Shown one piece after another: positions 1-12,665 of a stretch of 64,000 nt of DNA. The notes under the pieces were generated by a model. The model was given only the letters and a program-made list of their open reading frames with translations, was not told where the DNA came from and searched no databases. The DNA is taken from NCBI RefSeq assembly GCF_006345805.1, contig NC_042998.1, forward strand, positions 34,720,001 to 34,784,000, given 5' to 3'. Origin of the DNA: Octopus sinensis (taxonomy: Eukaryota). The position numbers and the translations under genes were made by a program. Positions within the stretch are counted from its first letter, which is position 1, and each line of letters opens with the position of its first letter.

Positions 1-244
1 AAAGGATTAAAAGTAAAATCAATCCTGGCAGAATTTGATCTCAGATCATGAAAACAGGCTCAGCAGCATTTTGCCTGGCATGTTGCCATTTGTGCCAACT
101 TGTCACCTGAATGATTGACAAATATTGAAAATGGAATTTTGAAATACTGAAGATGGTTAGAAAGCAAAAGGTAGTAACACATCTCGAAGAAAATAGTGCC
201 AAAATGGTTTGCAAAAAATAAACTACTTTTGTTTCCCAAACTTC

Positions 245-454
245 TACATTATTTACATTTGATGGATATTTGTCCTCATCTTGTTTGTTGTTAGCACAAC
301 ATTTCGGCTGATATACCCTCTAGACTTCATCAGGTGTCCTGGGGGAAATTTCAAACCTGGATTCTTATCCCTAAGGTATTTTTTGATATTATTATTATTA
401 TTATTATTCAGGTCACTGCATGGAATCAAACTCGGAATCTTGGGGTTAGTAGCC
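245..454 (-). mobile_element. tRNA-headed, hammerhead-bearing small element, copy A (head 5'-truncated)
   Basis: Minus strand reads GGGGCTACTAACCCCAAGATTCC-GAGTTTGATTCC (B box-like), (AAT)n, linker, hammerhead motif, then ...CATCAAATGTAAATAATGTA. Colinear with 41691-41949. Confidence 0.8.
293..338 (-). ncRNA. Minimal type I hammerhead motif, degenerate helix II
   Basis: GACAC-CTGATGA-A-GTCTA-gagggtatat-CAGCC-GAAA-TGTT-GTGCT. Confidence 0.6.
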
Positions 455-472
455 CCAAACAAACCTCATTTC

Positions 473-602
473 TATTATTTACATTTGACAGATATTTGTC
501 CTTATCTTGTTTGTTGTTAACACAACGTTTCGGCTGATATACCCTCCAGCCTTCATTAGGTGTCTTGGGAAAATTTCGAACCTGGGTTCTCATTCCTAAG
601 GT
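473..602 (-). mobile_element. Hammerhead-bearing element, copy B (tandem to A, no head)
   Basis: Repeats copy A at a 226-bp offset (motif at 293 vs 519). Confidence 0.8.
519..564 (-). ncRNA. Minimal type I hammerhead motif, core G5>A
   Basis: GACAC-CTAATGA-A-GGCTG-gagggtatat-CAGCC-GAAA-CGTT-GTGTT, with a perfect helix II. Confidence 0.6.
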
Positions 603-741
603 AAATTTCCCCAAGAAACCTGATGAAGACTGGAGGGTATATCAGCCAAAACGTTGTGTTAACAACAAACAAGATGAGGACAAATATCCATCAAATGTAA
701 ATAATGTACATAATTCCTCATCTCTTAAATATAGAACTGTA
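603..741 (+). mobile_element. Hammerhead-bearing element, copy C (inverted relative to B)
   Basis: 603-710 is the reverse complement of about 473-576. It extends to ...CTCTTAAATATAGAACTGTA. Confidence 0.8.
615..660 (+). ncRNA. Minimal type I hammerhead motif, G12>A
   Basis: GAAAC-CTGATGA-A-GACTG-gagggtatat-CAGCC-AAAA-CGTT-GTGTT. Confidence 0.55.
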
Positions 742-831
742 TTCCCCAACTTCTGTTCTGACTGAAAATTGGAAATCTGCCAAAACTAAATGGACGACCC
801 TTTTAGAGGAGATCCGCAGCAAATATAAACA

Positions 832-1156
832 AGCACTCTGTTTGGTTCTGATGACAAGGGTTCCAGTTGACCCCAATCCGTGGAACAACCAGCTTGTGAA
901 ATTAACGTGCAAGTGGTTGAACACTTCACAGACACGCGTACACTTAATGTAGTTCTCAGGGAGATTCATGACAATACAGGATGTGACAAGACTTGCCCCT
1001 TTTGAATTACAAGTATTACTCATTTTAGCCAGCCGAGTGGACTGGAGCAACATGAAATGAAGAATCTTGCATAAGGATGCAATGTGCCACTGGAAATCCT
1101 ACTCATGATCTTAGAATGGGGAGCTGAAAACACTAACCACTAGTCACATGCCTTCA
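832..1156 (-). mobile_element. tRNA-derived SINE (head D, shared body, tail 2), CpG-decayed
   Basis: Colinear with 51556-51880. Body and tail are shared with 62296-62683. Confidence 0.75.
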
Positions 1157-2320
1157 TACCCCATATTTAAAGGGGTCCAGGTATGGCAATATAATCCTGA
1201 AAATTCACTTCTAATTTTGTTAAGAAATATGTTTGAGATTATTGCCAGATAAAGAAGAAATATTTCAAGGTAAATCTCACACCTTGTCAAAAAAAAAAAA
1301 AAAAAAAAAGAAGAAACTGTAATGAGCGTTGCTGTTGCACTGCTAGATTCCTTTTAGCAAATTAAGTGGATAACATGCTTTTCCTACGAGTGTCAAATGA
1401 TATCAAATGACAGTTAGATTATTTAATTACACATTTTCGTGTCTGGGATTGTTTTTCCTGCTGCTTTCACTATTCCACATGAAACACTTCAGTTGTGAAG
1501 TAGGAGTGAAACCTTTTAATTAGGCAATTTAAGGAAATCTGAATCATTGGTTTGCACAGGAGCACAACACGCAAAGTAAAACATTTTCTTTACTCAGTCT
1601 TTTAAGAATGTAATAACTAAGTTTCCCTTCTCAAAAATGCTGGGCAGAGACCTTTGCCAAACAGTCGTTAATATTGATTTCAAATTTCAGCACAAGGCCA
1701 GCAATTTCAGGTAAGGGGGCTAAGTCAGTTAACCCATTTATGCCAATTGTCCATTTAAACTGAATTTATAAGGGTATAAAACAAATACTTCATACAAATT
1801 GTGATTTGTGTATGTTCTGTGTCATGCGCACATACCATGGGCCTATGGTGTGTGTGCACGTGTTGGTGTACCTCTGTGTCTGTATGTTAGTGACAAATGT
1901 ATTCATAGGAATGCATTATGTTGCAGTCTGTGGCGATGATAACAAGGATGAATGAGTTCCTGATTTTCATTCTCTAATAGTTCGTTGAATGAGTGAGAAT
2001 GATAAAGCGTGAAGGAGTATGAGTGAAAGAAATGTCTGTCATCATCAGGCCACCAGCATGGAGTTAGACAACACAATGAAAAAACTCTATTCTGTCTGTA
2101 AGAATGGATAAAAGAGTATCTTGGGATACTGAACAACAACAAACTCTGTGAGTCAAGGGAAAAACTGTTTTTTTTTTTATTCTGTGGAAGTACTAGAAAT
2201 AAAGTTCAAAATGGCTTGACATGCTAAAAGTAGCCAAATTGATTGGCTGAAATACATGGTTCCAACTACACATATACTGGTTTGGTCTTGTTATTCAAAG
2301 AAATTCAATGTGTTTTATAT

Positions 2321-2734
2321 ACTCTTTTACTCTTTTACTTGTTTCAGTCATTTGACTGCGGCCATGCTGGTGCACTGCCTTTAATCGAGCAACTCGACCC
2401 CGGGACTTATTCTTTGTAAGCCCAGTACTTATTCTATCGGTCTCTTTTTGCCGAACCGCTAAGTGACGGGGACATAAACACACCAGCATCGGTTGTCAAG
2501 CAATGCTAGGGGGACAAATACACAAACACACACACACATACATACATATATATATATATACATATATACGACAGGCTTCTTTCAGTTTCCGTCTACCAAA
2601 TCCACTCACAAGGCATTGGTTGGCCCGGGGCTATAGTAGAAGACACTTGCCCAAGATGCCACGCAGTGGGACTGAACCCAGAACCATGTGGTTGGTTAGC
2701 AAGCTACTTACCACACAGCCACTCCTGCGCCTAT
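2321..2734 (-). mobile_element. SINE family B (tRNA-like head, internal (TA)/(CA) microsatellite, AAAAGAGT tail)
   Basis: Head AGGAGTGGCTGTGTGGTAAG...GGGTTCAGTCCC. About 10 near-identical copies in the window. Confidence 0.9.
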
Positions 2735-4274
2735 GTTGATTTTTCAAGAAAAACCTTTGAATTTTGGTGCAATAACTGCCAACCAGTTGTGAAAATATAG
2801 GTCAGTTCTGACAGAATAGAAATAATGTGAAACTGTCATTGAAATCTTTCCATGATGAAAAACATCAGTGCAATGGAATGGTGATAGCAATAAACTGTGC
2901 TACTTCAAATGTTTTGTGAAACCCTTCAAGAACTGCTTTAAGAATTGGATGAAATTTCAACATATTCTTTTGAATAAACCTAAGAGTTCTGGGATATTAT
3001 GTGGTAAAGAAGGGGAGGTGGCCCTCATTCGTTTTTACAGAACCTGAAAGAGAAGGTAATGTTGGGAAGGTCATCTTTGGATACATATTCTTTGAAGAAA
3101 ATCAAAGGAAGTTGTTAAAGTGGAAGTACTTACTTTCATCTCTTGCAAAGACTTAATTCCACACAATCTGGAGGCACAATTACAGAAGTGAACTAATTAC
3201 ATCTTTAAATATATATTTCTGAGTTTGTCATCAGTGATGTTTTTAGGGAAAGCTTAAGTTTAGGCAAGATATGTAAGTAAAGGATGAAATCGAAGAAAAA
3301 TACTGATTCCGAATTTTTGGCACAAGGCCAGCAAGTTTGGGAGAAGGAGCAGTTGGCAGCATCGACCCCAGTATTTAGCTGGTATTTTATTTTATCGACC
3401 CTGAAAGGATGCAAGGCAAAGTTAACCTCCATAGAATTTGAACTCAGAACATAAAGACAGATGAAATGCCACTAAGTATACTGATAGTTCTGCTAGGTTT
3501 GATTGATTGATTGATTGATTCTAGTTTCAGCTTATGAGCTGTGTTGCAAGGCTAACAATCTCAGGGATGGGGGGAAGTCGATTACATCAACCCCCCTCCC
3601 CCAGTACTTATCAAAGCCAAAAGTTGACCTTGGCAGAATTTGAATTCAGAAGATAAAGGATGGACAAAATGTTGCTAAGCATTCTAATATGTTGCCCAGC
3701 ATTCTAATAATTCTGTGAGTTTGGTGCCTTGTTCCGAGAGAATACATAAAAAACAGGAAAGAGATTAACCACACCTCTTAACATTAGAATAGCTTTTCAG
3801 AATGACTAAGCAATACAGAGCCCCCTTTCTCCAAATAGAAGCATTTGTACTTGTTTGGGGTAAGGATCTGAGAAGCGTGTTTTGTTGTATGGATATTTTG
3901 GGATAAGGATTTGAAAAGGATTTCTTGCTGTTTATATTTTGCTGGATATATTTTGGGGTAAGAATCTGAGGATTGCTTGCAGGATATATTTTACATCTTT
4001 AGAATTCATTTGGGCATGAATATTTCAAAACCAAACATTTTGATTATTTCATTTATAGACCACATTTTAAGCATTTAAGAAGCAATCCCAATATCTGGCA
4101 ACGGAACAACATTTTTTTTTACAAGAAAAGGAACAAAAGATTTTTCTCAGATAATTTTTCCTTGAAGCTTGATAAATGCACAACACATATGACTGAAAGA
4201 ATTTCTGATTTAGCTCTTGGTCAAGTCTTTAAAAGAAAGATTCCATTCACCAAAACAATCTTTGGAACTGGGAT

Positions 4275-4610
4275 GAATGTGGCCATTGCCAGCGCCGCCC
4301 CGACTGGCCTCGTGCCGGTGGCACATAAAACGCACCATCCATTCGTGGCCATTGTCAGCCTCGCCTGGCCCCTGTGCCGGTGGCACATAAAAAGCACCAT
4401 CCGATCGTAGCTGTTTGCCAGCCTCGTCTGGCACCTGTGCCAGTGGCACGTAAAAATCACCCACTACACTCACGGAGTGGTTGGCATTAGGAAGGGCATC
4501 CAGCCGTAGAAACATTGTCAGATCAGACTGGGCCTGGTGCAGCCTTCTGGCTTGAACCGTCCAACCCATGCTAGCATGGAAAGCGGACGCTAAACGATGA
4601 TGATGATGAT
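4275..4610 (+). mobile_element. SINE 3' half with three ~62-bp internal subrepeats and a (GAT)n tail
   Basis: GTGGCAC(A/G)TAAAA motif at 4318, 4380 and 4443. Ends AAACGATGATGATGAT. Reverse copy at 5757-5997. Confidence 0.8.
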
Positions 4611-4883
4611 TAAATCCTATAATTTAAGCTCAGCAATGTATATCTTCCTCCATACTATAACCAGCCTTTTATTTCCATGGATTTACTTAGAAACATTATA
4701 ATTAGAATCTGTTGCTGCACATGACCACAAGTATGGCTGTGTTGTAGGACATTTGAAGACCAATCATATGGTTCTGAGTTCGGTCCCACATCCTGACATC
4801 TTGAGCAAGTGTCTTCTCTGTCCTTGGACCAGCCAAAGCTTTGTGAGTGGATTTGGTTGGTGGAAAATGAAGGCACTTCATGA

Positions 4884-5376
4884 TTATATATATATATATA
4901 TACATACATACACACATATGCACACATAGTGATATATGTATAGACACGCGCACACATATCTGTGTATAGACACACACGCACCCATATATGTCTATAGACA
5001 CACACACCCATACGTGTGTATACACACACACATGTATATATGTGTATACACACACGTATATATGTATATACACACACACATGCATATATCTGTATGCACA
5101 CACACATCTATATATCTGTATGCACACACACACATGCATATATGTATATACACACACACATGTATATATGTATATACACACACACATGTATATATCTGTA
5201 TGCACACACACACATGTATATATCTGTATGCACACACACACACACACGTATATATCTGTATACAAACAAGTATATATGTATACACGTGTATGTATGTATA
5301 TATATATATATAATATACACACACACATTACATATATGTATATATATATATATATATATACACACACATATATATA
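4884..5376. repeat. Compound (TA)/(CA) microsatellite evolving into a ~24-bp minisatellite
   Basis: Reiterated CACACACACATGTATATATCTGTATG units following a SINE-B head (4715-4880). Confidence 0.9.
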
Positions 5377-5756
5377 GTCAGTAAATCATGAATCTGAGTG
5401 GGAAGCTCTAAGTTCTAGAGCAGTGGAGTATTTAGAGAAAGGTAGTTATGGCCAGTTCATTGGGTTACTCAGGGTTTTTGTGTCCATAAAGTGCTTTGCT
5501 TTCATATGTTTTGACAGATCCCAATGGCCAGTGACCTATAGCCTTTCTTTGAAATGGAGGGAGGAAGGGCCTTGCCGCTAGTTTTTGAACGCACAAAACT
5601 CAGAATTTGAAGAGAGGTTATAGGCCACCAGCCATTAGGGTGTGATGAGACATATGTAAAGCTAAGAGTTATATGGACATGAGACTATGGGTAACCCTGA
5701 GAACTAGTCATAACTACCTTTCTCTCTCTCTCTCTCTCTCTCCCCATCTATGTGAG

Positions 5757-5997
5757 TGTCATCATCGTTTAACGTCCGTTTTCCATGCTGGCATGGGTTG
5801 GACAGTTCAACTGGGGTCTGGAGAGCCAGAAGGCTGCGCCAGGCCCAGTCTAATCTGGCAGTGTTTCTACAGCTGGATGCCCTTCCTAATGCCAACAACT
5901 CCGTGAGTGTAGTGGGTGCTTTTTACGTGCCACCTGCACAGGTGCCAGACGAAGCTGGCAACGGCCACAATCGGATGGTGCTTTTTACGTGCCACCA
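5757..5997 (-). mobile_element. Second copy of the (GAT)n-tailed SINE 3' half
   Basis: Reverse complement of about 4380-4610. Confidence 0.8.
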
Positions 5998-6011
5998 TAT
6001 ATATATATATA

Positions 6012-6088
<77 letters not shown>

Positions 6089-6493
6089 CACACACACACA
6101 GACACACACACCATCTAAGAAGTCACAAGTCAGGAAAAAAATGCACTCGTATATCTGTCAGTAGAGTGGGTATATTACTTAAAGTATATGAATTAGTTAT
6201 AATGAATATATAATACTTTGATGAATATACATGTGTGTGTGTGTGTGTGTATCTATATATTAATCGAAGTGTAGAGCATTATATGTCCGTTACAGCTGAT
6301 CTTACCAGTTGGTTTTGCACTTGGGATACAATTGAGTGTTAGGTAACAGTCCGATTATGTAACCCTGTGCTCATCAGAGGTGGCTATTATGGAATGAAAT
6401 ATGGTAACTCTATTGATAGATATATGAGTGCTGTTTCTCCTGACTTATGGGCTCTTAGATGACTTACATCTATTATATATTTATATATGGAGT

Positions 6494-6822
6494 AAAGACC
6501 CCCTTTGGTCATGAATGACTATGAAATTGCAACTGGAAAGTTATCCTCCAAAGCACAAGTCCAGGCAATGAAGACCAGCAGTTGCTTATGCATGCCAGTG
6601 TTCCCTCTCCACACCACTGATCTTTATCCAAACGAAGAGCAAAGGCCAATACAACTTGGTACCAATGATGTCACAACTTGTTTCTGCAGCTGAGTGAACT
6701 GGAACAATGTGAAATAAAGTGTCTTGCTCAAGAACGCAACACGCAGCCTGGTCTGGGAATCGAACTCACCACCACATGATTGTGAGCCTGATGCTCTAAC
6801 CACTGAGGTATGCACCTTCACA
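6494..6822 (-). mobile_element. tRNA-derived SINE (head D, tail 1)
   Basis: Minus strand has CTCAGTGGTTAGAGC and GAGTTCGATTCCC boxes. Tail ...CATTCATGACCAAAGGGGGTC is shared with 10085-10583. Confidence 0.8.
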
Positions 6823-7420
6823 CACATTGTGTGTGTGTGTGTGTGTGTGTGGTTTGTTCACCACCACCATTTCACAACCGCTGTTGGTGTGTTTATGTCC
6901 CCATAATTTCGTGGTTTGGCAAAATGGTTTGAAAAAGTACAAGCCTTAAAAAAAAAAAATAAAATAAGGCCTGTTCATTGAACTAAAATTCCTTAAGACG
7001 GTGCCCCAGCATGGCTGTATTCTAATGACTGAGACAACTAAAAGATAAAAGATATGTTCATACATTGCTTCTTCCAGACAAAAAATCATAATTCTTTGTA
7101 AAACCAGAAGTACTTCCTGAAAACGTTGTTCTCAAAAGTGAAATCTCACACAACCAATTCTTCCCAACAGTTGAAAATAAACATCAAACTCTCACCTGAT
7201 TTTTTTTTTATAAATTCCAGACAATAATATATATTTTTATATTTCTCTGTTGAATTCCAAAAATCAATAGAGAAATGTCAAGTTATGGGCAGCTGAGTTG
7301 ATTGGATGCCAACCTTGAAAGCAGAAGTTTACAGAGTCATAAAAGCATTTCTGTATTTGCATTGTGTGTCTGTCAAATACATTAATCCATAATGGAACAA
7401 CCTCCTTAGGTCTGTCATAC

Positions 7421-8020
7421 CTATTTCTTTACTACCCACAAGGGGCTAAACACAGAGAGGACAAACAAGGACAGACAAACGGATTAAGTCGATTATATCG
7501 ACCCCAGTGCGTAACTGGTACTTATTTAATCAACCCCAAAAGGATGAAAGGCAAAGTCAACCTCGGCAGAATTTGAACTCAGAACGTAATGGCAGAGGAA
7601 ATACCTATTTCTTTACTAACCACAAGGGGCTACACACAGAGGGGACAAACAAGTACAGACAAACGGATTGAGTCGATTATATCGACTCCAGAGCGTAACT
7701 GGTACTTATTTAATCGACCCCGAAAGGATGAAAGGCAAAGTCGACCTCGGCGGAATTTGAACTCAGAACATAACGACAGACGAAATACTTATTTCTTTAC
7801 TAACCACAAGGGGCTACACACAGAGGGGACAAACAAGGACAGACAAACGGATTGAGTCAATTATATCGACTTCAGAGCATAACTGGTACTTATTTAATCG
7901 ACCCCAAAAGGATAAAAGGCAAAGTCGACCTCGGCGGAATTTGAACTCAGAACGTAGTGGCAGACGAAATACCGCTAAGCATTTCGCCCGGCATGCTAAC
8001 ATTTCTGCCAGCTCGCCGCC
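7421..8020 (-). mobile_element. SINE family A trimer (head + 3 x 184-bp units)
   Basis: Unit starts at 7421, 7605 and 7789. Head GGCGGCGAGCTGGCAGAA ends at 8020. Confidence 0.9.
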
Positions 8021-8184
8021 TGTCATACCATTTAAGAGTGGAGTATGTCACAGAATTGAGCAAGAACATGGTAAACTTGACAAATGTCGTATTAGACTGT
8101 TGTCTTGAGACCATATTGAAATCTATTACCTTTTACCCGTTACTTGTTTGTCATTCGACCACAGCCATGCTGGAGCACTGGCTT

Positions 8185-8379
8185 ACTCTTTTTACTCGTT
8201 TCAGTCATTTGACTGCGGCCATGCTGGAGCACCGCCTTTAGTCGAGCAAATCGACCCCGGGATTTATTCTTTGTAAGCCCAGTACTTATTCTATCGGTCT
8301 TGTTTGCCGAACCGCTAAGTGACGGGGACGTAAACACACCAGCATCGGCTGTCAAGCAATGCTAGGGGAACAAACACAG

Positions 8380-8441
<62 letters not shown>

Positions 8442-8604
8442 GACAGGCTTCTTTCAGTTTCCGTCTACCAAATCCACTCACAAGGCATTGGTTGGCCTGG
8501 GGCTATAGCAGAAGACACTTGCCCAAGATGCCACACAGTGGGACTGAACCTGGAACCATGTGGTTGGTTAGCAAGCTACTTACCACACAGCCACTCCTGC
8601 ACCT
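8185..8604 (-). mobile_element. SINE family B
   Basis: Colinear with 2321-2734. Confidence 0.9.
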
Positions 8605-9254
8605 AGAAGAACTGGCTTGAAGAACTTTTAATTCAATGAATCAGTCCCATTAATTATAAGTTTTTAAGCCCGGTACTTATTCGATCAGTCTGGTTTGCTG
8701 AACCACTAAGTTACAGGGGCATAAACACACCAATACCAGTCATCAAGCAGCTGTAGGGGACAAACCTTGACACAAAGACATACACACAGACCTCTGATCT
8801 ATACATTATAGGGATCAAGGCTTTGATTTATCTGGGGCTTTGTAATACTGCTAAGACGGTTCTAGTTGCTGGCATCAGAGAGTTTTCTATAGCAGATAAT
8901 TCTTATACAGAATTACAACCTTCTTAAATAGTTAAGTAGTATTAAGATTAAACAATTAAGATTATCCTATTCCCACATCAAATTAAGGCAGACTGGTGTC
9001 TCTCAATCAGAAAAGAATGAAAAATTACAACACACTACAGCACCTTAAAATTGTATCAGTGGTTAAAAATAAAGTAAAATAAATATAATTCTTCCACAAA
9101 ATTTGCTTGTTTTATTTTCATTTACAAAAGAATGCTACCAAAAATAAGACTAAATATCTTTTGGACGTACCCTGGGATAAGGTTTATCGTCACATCACCA
9201 ATGTCTAATCACATATAAATTTGAGGGATGGTTAACTGGTACTTATTTTATCTT

Positions 9255-9845
9255 TTTCTACTGTAGGCACAAGGCCTGAAATCGGCTTGATCGACCCCAG
9301 TACACCACTGGTACTTAATTTATCGACCCTCGAAAGGATGAAAAGCAAAGTAGACTTCGGTGGAATTTGAACTCAGAACGTAAAGACAGACGAAATACAG
9401 CTAAGCATTTCGTCCTGTGAGCTAATATTTCTTATTTCTTTACTACCCACAAAGGGCTACACACAGAGGGGACAAACAAGGACAGACAAACGGATTGAGT
9501 CGATTATATCGACTCCAGAGCGTAACTGGTACTTATTTAATCGATCCCAAAAGGATGAAAGGCAAAGTCGACCTCGGCGGAATTTGAACTCGGAACGTAG
9601 CGGCAGACGAAATACCTATTTCTTTACTACCCACAGGGGGCTAAACACAGAGGGGACAAACAAGGACAGACAAACGGATTAAGTCGATTATATTCGACCC
9701 CAGTGCGTAACTGGTACTTATTTAATCGACCCCGAAAGGATGAAAGGCAAAGTCGACCTCGGCGGAATTTGAACTCAGAACGTAATGGCAGACGAACTAC
9801 CGCTACGCATTTCGCCTGGTGTGTTAACGTTTCTGCCAGCTGGCC
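9255..9845 (-). mobile_element. SINE family A multimer (two junction types)
   Basis: Units joined at ~9614 (AAAGAAATAG|GTATTTCG) and ~9430 (AAAGAAATAAG|AAATATTAGC). Confidence 0.85.
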
Positions 9846-10084
9846 GCCTTACTATAATCTTTTCTACTCTAGGCACAAAGCCCGAAATTTTTGGGGAAGG
9901 GACCAGTCGATTAGATCGACCCCGGTATGCAACTGGTACTTATTTTATCGAACTCCCTCCCATAGGAAGTTGAATTCTAGATGTAATGACGGGAGAAATG
10001 TCGCTTATCGTACTGCATACCAATTCGCTTCCTTGAATCATTGAATAACAAACACATGCTAATAAACTAGCTTTACTTCTTAAC

Positions 10085-10583
10085 TGTGGAGGCGCAACGG
10101 CCCAGTGGTTAGGGCAGCGGACTCACGGTTTAGATTCCCAGACCAGGCGTTGTGAATGTTTATTGAATAAAAACACCTAAAGCTCAATGAGGCTCCAGCA
10201 GGAGGTGGTGTCGAACCCTGCTGTACTCTTTCACTACAACTTTCTCTCACCCTTTCTTCCTGTTTCTGTTGTACCTGTATTTTCAAAGGGCCAGCCTTGT
10301 TACACTCTGTGTCACGCTGGATCTCCACGAGAACTACGTTAAGGGTACATGTGTCTGTGGAATGCTCAGCCACTTGCACGTTAATAAATGAGCTGCGACG
10401 TCACTGGTGCCAAGCTGTATCAGCCCCTTTGCCTTTCCCTTGGATAACATCGGTGGCGTGGAGAAGGAAGGTTGGTATAAGTGGGCGACTGCTGGTCTTC
10501 CATAAACAACCTTGCCTAGACTTGTGCCTCGGAGGGTAACTTTCTAGGTGCAATCCCATGGTCATTCATGACCGAAGGGGGTC
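10085..10583 (+). mobile_element. tRNA-derived SINE (head C, shared body, tail 1)
   Basis: GGCCCAGTGGTTAGG A box and GGTTTAGATTCCC B box-like motif. Confidence 0.85.
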
Positions 10584-10675
10584 ACAATAACATCGTAACT
10601 GACAACAGTTCCGTTTACGCTGTTTTTGACCTTTGAAATAACTTCAGACGTGTATTAATTATCAAGCGTTGAAAA

Positions 10676-11110
10676 GCGGCGAGCTGGCAGAAACGTTAGC
10701 ACGCCGGGCGAAATGCTTAGTGGTATTTTTGAAAGGCAGAGAGCTGGCAGATACGTTAGCACTCCGGGCGAAATGCTTAGCGGTATTTCGTCTGTCGTTA
10801 CGTTGTGAGTTCAAATTCCGCCGAGGTTGACTTTGCCTTTCATCCTTTCGGGGTCGATAAATTAAGTACCAGTTACGCACTGGGGTCGATATAATCGACT
10901 TAATACCTATGTCTGTCCTTGTTTGTCCCCTCTATGTTTAGCCCCTTGTGGGTAATAAAGAAATAGGTATTTTTGAGTTCAAATTTAGCCGAGGTCGACT
11001 TTGCCTTCCTTTCGGGATCGATAAATTAAGTACCAGTTGAATACTGGGGTCGATATAATCAATTGACCCACTCCCCCAAAATTTCTGGCCATGTGCCTAG
11101 TGGAGTAAAG
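10676..11110 (+). mobile_element. SINE family A with duplicated head and a partial second unit
   Basis: GCGAGCTGGCAGAAACGTTAGC at 10678 and again at ~10740. Junction AAAGAAATAG|GTATTT near 10965. Confidence 0.85.
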
Positions 11111-11704
11111 AATTATCAAGCGTTGGAAAACACAAGCGCGAACTAAAAGTTCAAAGGAGAGAACTCTAGAATAATGTCAGTGAGCATCGAGAGTTGTTTC
11201 CCATGGATAACTGTTGCTGACTGTTCCCATGACGACACTCCCAGCACATTTAATTACCTACACGATTCAAATGCATTTTCCGATCTTGTGTTCATTCCAA
11301 TACAACAAAAACAACAGAACAGAAGGTGTCAGCTTAGAAGACTGGATTCCTTTATTCAACTCATTACTTCAAAGTTCTGTCTTCATAAAGTCAGACATTC
11401 TTGATTCAATCGTCTTAAAAGACATTATCTCAGTTACATCGTAACTAAATGCTCTCTCCCCTCTCTCTCTCACACACACACACACACACTCTTGTATTTG
11501 CTGCTGTCATCAGACTGTTGTCATGCTGGAGCACAGCCTTGGGGAATTTTAGTTGAACACAAATTGACCTCAGTACTTTTTTAAAACCTGTCACCTATTG
11601 TCTTTTGCCGAACCGAAAAGTTACGGGAACATAAACACACGAACACCGGTTGTCAAACGGTTGTAGGGGACAGTCACAGAAACGAAGACCCCCTTCCCCA
11701 CTCA

Positions 11705-11735
<31 letters not shown>

Positions 11736-11763
11736 TCCCGGCATGGAAATCCTCATAAGTTTT

Positions 11764-12170
11764 ATAGGTGCTGGAGTGGCTGTGTGGTAAGAAGCTTGCT
11801 TCCCAACCACATGGTTCTAGGTTCAGTCCCACTGCGCGGCACCTTCGGCAAGTCTCTTCTACCATAACCTCGGGCCGATCAAAGCCTTGCGAGTGGATTT
11901 GGTAGACGGAAACTGAAAGAAGCCCGTCGGATGGATGGATGGAGACAGACAGACTGACAAATATGCATTTGTGTGTCTGCGTCTGAATCCCCCCCCCCAT
12001 CGCTTGACAACCAATGTTGGTGTGTTTACGTCCCCGTAACTTAGTGGTTTAGCAAAAGTGACGAATAGAATAAGTACTAGGCTTGCAAAAAATAAGTCCT
12101 GGGGTCGATTTGTTCGACTAAAGGCGGTGTTCCAGCATGGCCGCAGTCTAATGACTAAAACAAGTAAAAG
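11764..12170 (+). mobile_element. SINE family B
   Basis: Full head, GGAT/GACA microsatellite and tail. Confidence 0.9.
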
Positions 12171-12623
12171 TAATATATATATACTTCACAAAAGTGAACA
12201 AGGACACTAATCAGCACCAGTATTGCTAGAAATAGGAGTCAAAACAACTCAATAGTCAACAAAAGCACTATCTCCGTATGGTCGCTGACACAGCCAGATC
12301 ATCAATGATTTCACGTTCAGATCCTTAATGCATCTTAACCCGCATCAGTGGATTTCACCGCGCCCAGGGTTAAACTCATCTCACCTTGTCAGCTTACAAG
12401 ATTTCAGTTGAGAAAATTTTTGAAATCAGTATATGTATGTATATATATTACAAAATATGGGAATTTAGTTCACAGGTGATCTAAACGACTAGGTACGCTA
12501 GGTAAGTACTGTAACGGATTACCAGGGCTCCAAGGTTATAGCCGAGACGGTAGTTATGGAGCTATTGCAGATTTCCGATGCAGCGGATATGTAATTACCT
12601 TAACGTTTGTCGTCCTCTTTAAC

Positions 12624-12660
<37 letters not shown>

Positions 12661-12665
<5 letters not shown>

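Noticed and set aside
2740-3200. Possible decayed transposase reading frame
   Set aside because: Many stops in all frames and no motif I could assign.
4151-4275. Possible coding exon DNFSLKLDKCTTHMTERISDLALGQVFKRKIPF after TTTTTCTCAG
   Set aside because: Short pyrimidine tract, no convincing donor, no recognisable homology, and the frame runs into a SINE.
4655-5384. Many 100-220 aa ORFs (CVYIY/HTHIY-rich), also at 34051-34327, 54622-54930, 56195-56709, 59126-59539 and 61763-62222
   Set aside because: They are translations of (TA)/(CA)/(TACA) microsatellites, which lack stop codons.
7421-8020. True tRNA genes in the SINE heads (families A-D and the hammerhead element)
   Set aside because: The A/B boxes are followed by SINE bodies, and no complete acceptor-stem cloverleaf was found.
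8812-8930. Possible terminal exon IKALIYLGLCNTAKTVLVAGIREFSIADNSYTELQPS*
   Set aside because: Weak acceptor context, only ~39 codons and no recognised homologue.
12330-12380. TTAA-CCC...GGG-TTAA piggyBac-like mini-signature (also TTAACCCCATTGGGGTTAA near 56756)
   Set aside because: Too short to distinguish from chance, and no internal similarity between the two.
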